From: Coleofasciculus chthonoplastes F2-STO-03
GTDB lineage: Bacteria > Cyanobacteriota > Cyanobacteriia > Cyanobacteriales > Coleofasciculaceae
Assembly: GCA_040222015.1 (NCBI GenBank)
Contig: JAVJWO010000153.1
Location: 60,439 to 124,438, forward strand
Reading direction: 5' to 3'
Length of the DNA: 64,000 nt
The translations under genes were made by a program, and so were the position numbers. Below the pieces are notes generated by a model, which worked only from the letters and a program-made list of their open reading frames with translations, was not told where the DNA came from and did no database searches. This document shows positions 57,641-64,000 of the stretch, one piece after another. Position 1 is the first letter of the stretch; each line of letters starts with the position of its first letter.

Positions 57641-60478
57641 ATGAGCGCTACAGCAAAACGATTCAAGCGATTCCTCAAGTATCTTGGCTTAGTCGGTTTA
57701 ACAACTGTTTTGACAGTAGCGTTAGCGTGGCAAGATTTCCCCAGCCGAATGAGAATCAGTGCAGTTAATGCAGCGATTCCTGATACACCAGTGGTTCAGG
57801 TATCTACCCCAAATGCGGCTGAATGGGTGCAAGTGGGGAAAAAACGGTATCAGTCGGGTGAATTTGCCGCCGCCGTAACCGCTTGGCAACAGGCAGCCGA
57901 TCTTTTTGCAAGTCTTGGGGATTCCCGGAATCAAGCCATGGTACTGAGCAATTTAGCACTCGCCTATCAGCAGTTGGGACAGTGGACGCCAGCCAATCAG
58001 GTAATTGAGAAGAGTTTACACCTTATACAAACTGAAAATGATAGTCGCGATCGCACGACGGTTTTGGCGCAGGCGCTGAATACTCAGGGAAAGCTACAAC
58101 TGGCACAGGGACAACCGGAACAGGCGCTGAAGACGTGGGAAGCGGCAACAGAAGCCTATCAGCAGGTTGGCGATGAAACTGGCGTGGTGCGTAGCTTAAT
58201 GAATCAGGCGCAAGCCTTGCGAGTTTTGGGGTTTTATCCGCGAGTTAGGGCGACGTTAGCACAGGTGAACCAACGACTGCAAAATCAGCCGGATTCCGCG
58301 ATAAAGGCGGCGGGATTATTAAGTTTTGGCGATACCTTGCGCTTGGTGGGTGACTTGGAAAAGTCTGAGACAGTATTGCAGAAAAGTTTAACTATTGCCC
58401 AAAAGTTAGACTTATCATCAGGGATTACGGCGGCGTTTTTGAGCTTGGGGAATACGGCGTACAGTCAGGGAGAATTGAAGGCGGCAATTCAGTTTTATCA
58501 AAGCGCGATCGCGTCTTCTGTTTCACCCACCACAACCCTACAGGCACAGTTAAATCAACTGCGTTTATTTATAGAACTAGAAAACTGGGCAGATGCGAAA
58601 ACCTTAGCCCAGACAATAGAGTCCAAATTTGCCAATTTACCCCCAAATCGTAGCACGATTTATGCCCGAATTAATTTTAGCCAAAGTCTGCTGAAACTAT
58701 GGCGTCATGAATCAGTGGTTGTAGGGGCGGGTTTGACTTCTAACCTTCCGGAGGAAACCGCTAACGTAGCTAAACCCGCCCCATTCCCCATCGTCGGGGT
58801 GGGTTTGACTAATAAATTTCTGGGCAAAACCGCTAACGTAGCTAAACCCGCCCCATTTCCCATCGTCGGGGCAGATTTTACCAATAACCTTCCTGATAAA
58901 ATCGCTAATGTCACTAAACCTGCCCTGAATCCACAAACCGTCGCTCAAATTCTGATAACAGGAATTCAGCAAGCTAAGGAATTAGGCGATCAACGGGCGG
59001 AATCCTACAGCTTGGGATATTTGGGTCAGATTTACGAGTATACTCAACAATGGTCTGAAGCGAAAACCCTAACAGAACAAGCGTTGCTGTTGGCGCAATC
59101 GGTCAATTCTCCTGATATTGCTTATTTGTGGCAATGGCAGTTAGGACGGCTGCTGAAAGCTCAGATCGACCGAGGAATTGCCGATAATTCAGCTTATCCT
59201 AGTGCCGTTGCTGCTTATCAAGAAGCGATTCATTCTCTCAATTCCCTGCGGAATGATTTAGTAGCGACAAATTTAGAATTACAGTTTTCATTTCGAGAGA
59301 GTGTAGAACCGATTTATCGCCAACTTGTTAGTTTACTATTGCAACCCGGTGATCAAGAGATTAGCCAGGAGAATTTAGTTCAAGCCCGTGAGGTGATTGA
59401 ATCCTTACAGTTGGCTGAATTAGATAACTTCTTTCGTGAGGCTTGTTTGACGGCGCAACCAGAACCTGTTGACCAAATTGATGGGAATGCGGCGGTGATT
59501 TATCCGATTATTTTACCGGATCGATTGGAGGTAATTGTTTCGATAGCCAACCAACCACTACGACATTATGCGACTCCCTTATCTCAGGCGGAAGTGGAAA
59601 ACGTATTAAATCAAACCCGCCGTTCTCTCAGACGTGTGGCGAGCGATCGCGAACGATTACCCCTGTTTAAACAATTGTACGATTGGTTGGTGCAACCCAT
59701 TGAGACAGAGTTAGCCGAATCTGAGATTAAAACCTTGGTGTTTGCCTTAGATGGTTCGCTCAAGAGTATACCCATGGCAGCATTATATGATGGTCAACAA
59801 TATCTGATTGAGAACTATAGTGTGGCGTTGACTCCCAGTCTGCAAATCCTGGAACCCCAACCCTTAACCCGCACCCCCATCAAGGTGTTAGTTGGGGGAT
59901 TGAGTGAGGCAAAACAGAACTTTCCCCCGTTACCGGGTGTGGAGTCGGAGATACAGCAGATTCAGGCGGAGATTCCGGCGCAGGTGCTGCTAAATCAGCA
60001 GTTTACCAGTGCGGCGATGCAAAAAGAGATAAGTGCTGCGTCATTTCCGGTGGTTCATTTAGCCACTCATGGTCAGTTTAGTTCTGATGCTGAAGATACC
60101 TTTATTTTGGCGTGGGATAATCGCGTCAAGGTTAAACAATTAGGGGAAGTTCTCCAGGTGCGGGAAGAGAGGAAACGTCAACCCTTGGAATTGCTAGTAT
60201 TGAGTGCTTGTCAAACCGCCGCAGGTGACAAGCGTGCGGCGTTGGGAATAGCAGGAGTGGCGGTGCGATCGGGGGCGCGGAGTACGTTGGCGACGTTATG
60301 GTCAGTGGATGACCAATCTACGGCGATGTTGATGGTGAAATTTTATCAGGAATTGGCACAAGCCAATGTCACCAAGGCGGAAGCATTGCGTCAGGCTCAA
60401 TTGGCGCTATTGCAGCAGTCGAGATTTAGACATCCTTATTATTGGTCACCCTTTGTTTTGCTGGGAAATTGGCTTTGA
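57641..60478 (+). CDS. Secreted TPR + CHAT domain protein
   Basis: N-terminal TM/signal, TPRs, VVHLATHGQFSS, LLVLSACQTA.GD.RAALG, HPYYWSPFVLLGNWL. Confidence 0.92.
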   Translation: MSATAKRFKRFLKYLGLVGLTTVLTVALAWQDFPSRMRISAVNAAIPDTPVVQVSTPNAAEWVQVGKKRYQSGEFAAAVTAWQQAADLFASLGDSRNQAMVLSNLALAYQQLGQWTPANQVIEKSLHLIQTENDSRDRTTVLAQALNTQGKLQLAQGQPEQALKTWEAATEAYQQVGDETGVVRSLMNQAQALRVLGFYPRVRATLAQVNQRLQNQPDSAIKAAGLLSFGDTLRLVGDLEKSETVLQKSLTIAQKLDLSSGITAAFLSLGNTAYSQGELKAAIQFYQSAIASSVSPTTTLQAQLNQLRLFIELENWADAKTLAQTIESKFANLPPNRSTIYARINFSQSLLKLWRHESVVVGAGLTSNLPEETANVAKPAPFPIVGVGLTNKFLGKTANVAKPAPFPIVGADFTNNLPDKIANVTKPALNPQTVAQILITGIQQAKELGDQRAESYSLGYLGQIYEYTQQWSEAKTLTEQALLLAQSVNSPDIAYLWQWQLGRLLKAQIDRGIADNSAYPSAVAAYQEAIHSLNSLRNDLVATNLELQFSFRESVEPIYRQLVSLLLQPGDQEISQENLVQAREVIESLQLAELDNFFREACLTAQPEPVDQIDGNAAVIYPIILPDRLEVIVSIANQPLRHYATPLSQAEVENVLNQTRRSLRRVASDRERLPLFKQLYDWLVQPIETELAESEIKTLVFALDGSLKSIPMAALYDGQQYLIENYSVALTPSLQILEPQPLTRTPIKVLVGGLSEAKQNFPPLPGVESEIQQIQAEIPAQVLLNQQFTSAAMQKEISAASFPVVHLATHGQFSSDAEDTFILAWDNRVKVKQLGEVLQVREERKRQPLELLVLSACQTAAGDKRAALGIAGVAVRSGARSTLATLWSVDDQSTAMLMVKFYQELAQANVTKAEALRQAQLALLQQSRFRHPYYWSPFVLLGNWL

Positions 60479-60856
60479 ATGCTTTTGTCGTATTAGACAG
60501 ATCACCTATCCCGCTTATAATAGGTATCTGTCTATACCTTACAACCCCTTTAAATAACTATTGGAATAATAGATAAGAGATACAGCTAGACATAATCTAG
60601 AATATTTAAATGGGAAAAGCTTGACTGTCAAGGTTTTTTATATTAGGGTCTTAATAGACCAGGTTTCGCTCCCTAAACCGGGCGAATTGACCCCTCAGAG
60701 AGTACACCAATTTAACAATTCCTCAAATCATTGGATTTGAGGAAAATATATTCATAGGGCTAGACGATACAGATCTGACACTATTAACTATTCATTTCAA
60801 AAACAAGCTCAATCAAAGCGATACCTTTGTTGAGGAATTGTGACTAGGAAATAATT

Positions 60857-61690
60857 ATGGTTTGGACTAAACTCCCTCGATACCTCGCACTTATTTCAGC
60901 CTCAGTGTTATTAGAATTGGGGATAATTCCGAGTTTCTTCATTGCAACACAGGCACAGACCCAAACGCCCTCTCACGTTAAGTCAAAACGGGTCATTTTT
61001 AAACCAAACCCAGACCAACCTGCACCCGATATCACCACAGGTGGAGGAAGGCGCAATGATGGACAATGTTCCCAGGATCAACCTGTTGCAGAAGAGGCTA
61101 CCAATTCTCAATTACTAACGGTACTCGTACCCTCGGTTTTAGTTACCCCAGAGTTTAAGCAATCAGATCCATCCCCGGTTTTGATTAATTTTCAGTTGAC
61201 TATATCAGAGAACCCAACGTTTCTGGTTTATGTTCCTGAAACCTCTGCTAATGTCCTAGAACTGAGAGTAGAAGATGAGGAAGGTCAGCAAGTTGGTGAA
61301 ACTGCCAGGAGAGAGTTAACAGAAACTCCAGGAATTTATCGCATCAGTTTACCGGAAACTACGCTCCCATTGGATGTAGGAAAGGACTATAAATGGTTAG
61401 TGTCAATGACCTGTCAAATCGGTGATCCTAATGATCCCTTTGTCGAGGGATTAATCCGCCGCGTCTCACCGGATTCAATGCTGACACGTTCATTAGACCA
61501 AGTGAGTGGTTTGGATCAAGTGACAGTATATGCTGAAGCTGGGATTTGGCAGGATGCGGTGGTTAATCTAGCGGCACTTCGTCAAACTCAATCCAATAAC
61601 CCAGAGGTGGTATCGGCATGGCAAAACTTATTGCAACAGGCTGGTTTAGAAGATATTGCCGATGCGCCTTTGATATTAAATCAGGATTAA
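60857..61690 (+). CDS. DUF928 domain protein
   Basis: GGGRR..C, LT.SENPTF.VYVP, YKW....C, YAEAGIWQDA, W..LL...GL. Confidence 0.88.
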   Translation: MVWTKLPRYLALISASVLLELGIIPSFFIATQAQTQTPSHVKSKRVIFKPNPDQPAPDITTGGGRRNDGQCSQDQPVAEEATNSQLLTVLVPSVLVTPEFKQSDPSPVLINFQLTISENPTFLVYVPETSANVLELRVEDEEGQQVGETARRELTETPGIYRISLPETTLPLDVGKDYKWLVSMTCQIGDPNDPFVEGLIRRVSPDSMLTRSLDQVSGLDQVTVYAEAGIWQDAVVNLAALRQTQSNNPEVVSAWQNLLQQAGLEDIADAPLILNQD

Positions 61691-61830
61691 AATTGTTGTT
61701 CCTTCTACCTTCTGCCTTCTTTTCAAGAGAGATATCAGTTTAGGCAAATATCAAACCCTGTTAGATAGCAGAGTTCAATTGAGATAGTCTTCCCCGCCAT
61801 AGGAAACGAAAGCCGTAAGGGAAAATAACC

Positions 61831-64000
61831 ATGAAACACTTGAAGCACCCCTTTTGGATTAGCAGCATTGCTCTCAGTTTTTGGGCAAATCTTACCACAG
61901 CATCAGCTCAAATCGTCCCCGATAATACACTTCCAGTAAATTCTCAGGTGACGGGATGTCCAGTTTGCCTAATTGAAGGGGGAACGGTGCGGGGAGTGAA
62001 TCTGTTTCATAGTTTTGAAGAATTTTCCGTGCAGACAGGGGGTGAGGCATTCTTTAATAATGCCTTGGATATTGAGAATATTTTCAGTCGGGTAACGGGT
62101 GCTAACATATCGGGTATTGATGGGTGGATTCGGGCAAATAGCACGGCGAATCTGTTTTTAATTAATCCCAACGGCATTATTTTTGGCGAGAATGCGAGGT
62201 TGGATGTTGGCGGTTCATTTGTCGCCTCTACCGCCAATAGTTTTACCTTTCCCGATGGCAGTGAATTTAGTGCTACCAATCCCCAAGCACCGCCATTGTT
62301 GACGATTAATATCACACCGGGATTGCAGTATGGGGCAAATTCTCCGGGAGGAACGATTGCGAATGCAGGGAAGTTGACCGCCGGACAAGATTTAACGTTA
62401 GCGGCAGATAATTTGGATTTACAGGGACAGTTATCCGCCGGGAGAGATTTAACCTTAAAAGCTCAGGATACAGTAACAATTCGGGATAGTCTAACCCATC
62501 CATTTATTGCATCAGCAGAAGGAAACCTGCTGGTTCAGGGAAATCAAACCATTGATATTTTTGCCTTGAATCATCCCGATAGTGGCTTGTTTTCGGGTGG
62601 GGATATGGTGCTGCGAAGCGCTTCCCCTATAGGAGGAGATGCACATTATTGGAGTGGGGGCAGTTTTCGCATTGAACAGTTGGATGGGGATTTGGGGGAT
62701 TTAGTCAGTCCTAAAGACCCCGTTATTCGCGCCCTCGGCGATGTGTTACTCAATCGCTACACAGGAGCATCCTTACACATTTTTGCTGGGGGATGGGTAA
62801 CTATTGGTACAGTGACGATTACGGCAACTGATCCGACAGAGGGGATTAGGGAGAATGTTACCCTCTCCGATGGTACGGTTCTGGCAATTGATGGGAAAGT
62901 ACAGCCAACGTTGGATGTGAGAGCCGGATTAGATCCCAACGCGGTTGGCAGTCCTATTGGACTAACAGGAAACAATTTTTTTGATATTAGTGGAAATGTA
63001 GATAATATTCCAGATAGTGCAGATATTGCCATAGGCACAGTTTTTGTGCATGCTGCCAATGGGGTTGTCTTTTTGACTAATCAATATCAACCCAATCCTT
63101 CTTTATCAGGAGACATTGAAGTTGGCAGTATTTTGACTAATGACTTTATTTTTACAGGTAACGCTGGTTCAGTAATTATTGACTCTCGCGGCGCTATCGA
63201 GATCACCAACCAAATTGATTCATCCTCCACCTCTGGAAATGCAGGAAATATTACTTTGATTGCCAACGATATTGTTTCTCTGACAGGTAGCTTTATCGTT
63301 AGTGCAACCGATGGTGTCGGTACAGGGGGAGATACTCGTATCCAATCTGGGTCAGTTTTATTAAAAGAAGGGGCGGTGGTTTCAACAGCTACATTAGGTG
63401 CAGGCGATGCGGGTAATTTGACTGTGGAAACCGGAGAGTTGCTTGTCCGCGATGGCTCTCAACTGATTGTATCTACGTTCGGTACAGGGAATGGGGGTCA
63501 GTTAAATGTCAATGCAACTGGAACCGTGGCAGTAGCAGACGGGATAATTCGTAATAATGTTGAAGCTGGAGCCACAGGAAGCGGAGGAGATGTCCAGATT
63601 ACAGCTTCCTCAGTTTCTATGATGACTGGTGCTGTCATTTCTGCCTCTACTTGGGGAGAAGGAGATGCTGGTCAGGTTGTAATTCGAGCGACTGACAGCA
63701 TCCTATTAGATGGGGAAAATAGTCAAGGATTAGTCAGTGGAATTTTTAATACAGTAGCATTGGGATCGCAGGGCAATTCTGGGGGAGTGAACATTGAGAG
63801 TGGCTCTTTAACCTTGAATAATGGCGTTATAATTTCTGCCTCTACCTTAGGAGAAGGAGATGCAGGTCAGGTTGTGATTCGGGCAACTGATAGCATCATA
63901 TTAGATGGGGAAAATAGACAAGGATTCGGCAGTGGTGTTGGTAGTACAGTCGAATCGGGAGCCAAGGGGAATTCTGGAGGAGTAGAAATCGAAAGTGGAT
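61831..64000 (+). CDS. Filamentous haemagglutinin-family (TpsA) exoprotein; runs off window end
   Basis: Manual translation: MKHLKHPFW...AQIVPDNTL...[44 protein letters not shown], then GxAG repeats. Confidence 0.92.
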   Translation, partial: MKHLKHPFWISSIALSFWANLTTASAQIVPDNTLPVNSQVTGCPVCLIEGGTVRGVNLFHSFEEFSVQTGGEAFFNNALDIENIFSRVTGANISGIDGWIRANSTANLFLINPNGIIFGENARLDVGGSFVASTANSFTFPDGSEFSATNPQAPPLLTINITPGLQYGANSPGGTIANAGKLTAGQDLTLAADNLDLQGQLSAGRDLTLKAQDTVTIRDSLTHPFIASAEGNLLVQGNQTIDIFALNHPDSGLFSGGDMVLRSASPIGGDAHYWSGGSFRIEQLDGDLGDLVSPKDPVIRALGDVLLNRYTGASLHIFAGGWVTIGTVTITATDPTEGIRENVTLSDGTVLAIDGKVQPTLDVRAGLDPNAVGSPIGLTGNNFFDISGNVDNIPDSADIAIGTVFVHAANGVVFLTNQYQPNPSLSGDIEVGSILTNDFIFTGNAGSVIIDSRGAIEITNQIDSSSTSGNAGNITLIANDIVSLTGSFIVSATDGVGTGGDTRIQSGSVLLKEGAVVSTATLGAGDAGNLTVETGELLVRDGSQLIVSTFGTGNGGQLNVNATGTVAVADGIIRNNVEAGATGSGGDVQITASSVSMMTGAVISASTWGEGDAGQVVIRATDSILLDGENSQGLVSGIFNTVALGSQGNSGGVNIESGSLTLNNGVIISASTLGEGDAGQVVIRATDSIILDGENRQGFGSGVGSTVESGAKGNSGGVEIESG

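Noticed and set aside
1..64000. Frequent GCGATCGC octamers
   Set aside because: Ordinary cyanobacterial HIP1; useful only as a taxonomic signature

Overview
Cyanobacterial chromosomal window. The assignment rests on abundant HIP1 GCGATCGC sites and on rpaB, sphR/sphS, ftn2 and SLH-porins. The very high load of REP, MITE and short tandem repeats suggests a filamentous Oscillatoriales/Coleofasciculus-like genome (inference). Core content: pdhC (partial), an NAD-salvage operon (pncB-nadD-nrtR), a likely atpT small gene missed by the ORF track, rpaB/radA, a Pho cluster (sphR-sphS ... phoU-phoX-2 porins), ftn2, pdhA, gnd, coaD-cdv3, a DegT aminotransferase, and a CHAT-DUF928-filamentous haemagglutinin cluster. 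The best candidate for a novel system lies in a ~7.4 kb accessory block between sphS and phoU. It is a tightly coupled two-gene module: a small hydrophobic-helix protein (EACC1-like) and a 1,190-aa CHAT (caspase-like) protease / P-loop STAND NTPase / TPR protein with 120-bp diversifying repeats, consistent with an NLR-like protease-activated defence system. Mobile and decayed DNA includes an intact-looking tnpB-only IS200/IS605 element just upstream of ftn2, a tnpB-deleted IS607 upstream of pncB, an IS1634-truncated restriction-nuclease gene, several pseudogenes, and REP/MITE elements inserted in frame into coding genes. No CRISPR array, rRNA or tRNA was recognised. All family calls are by eye; no database searches were run.
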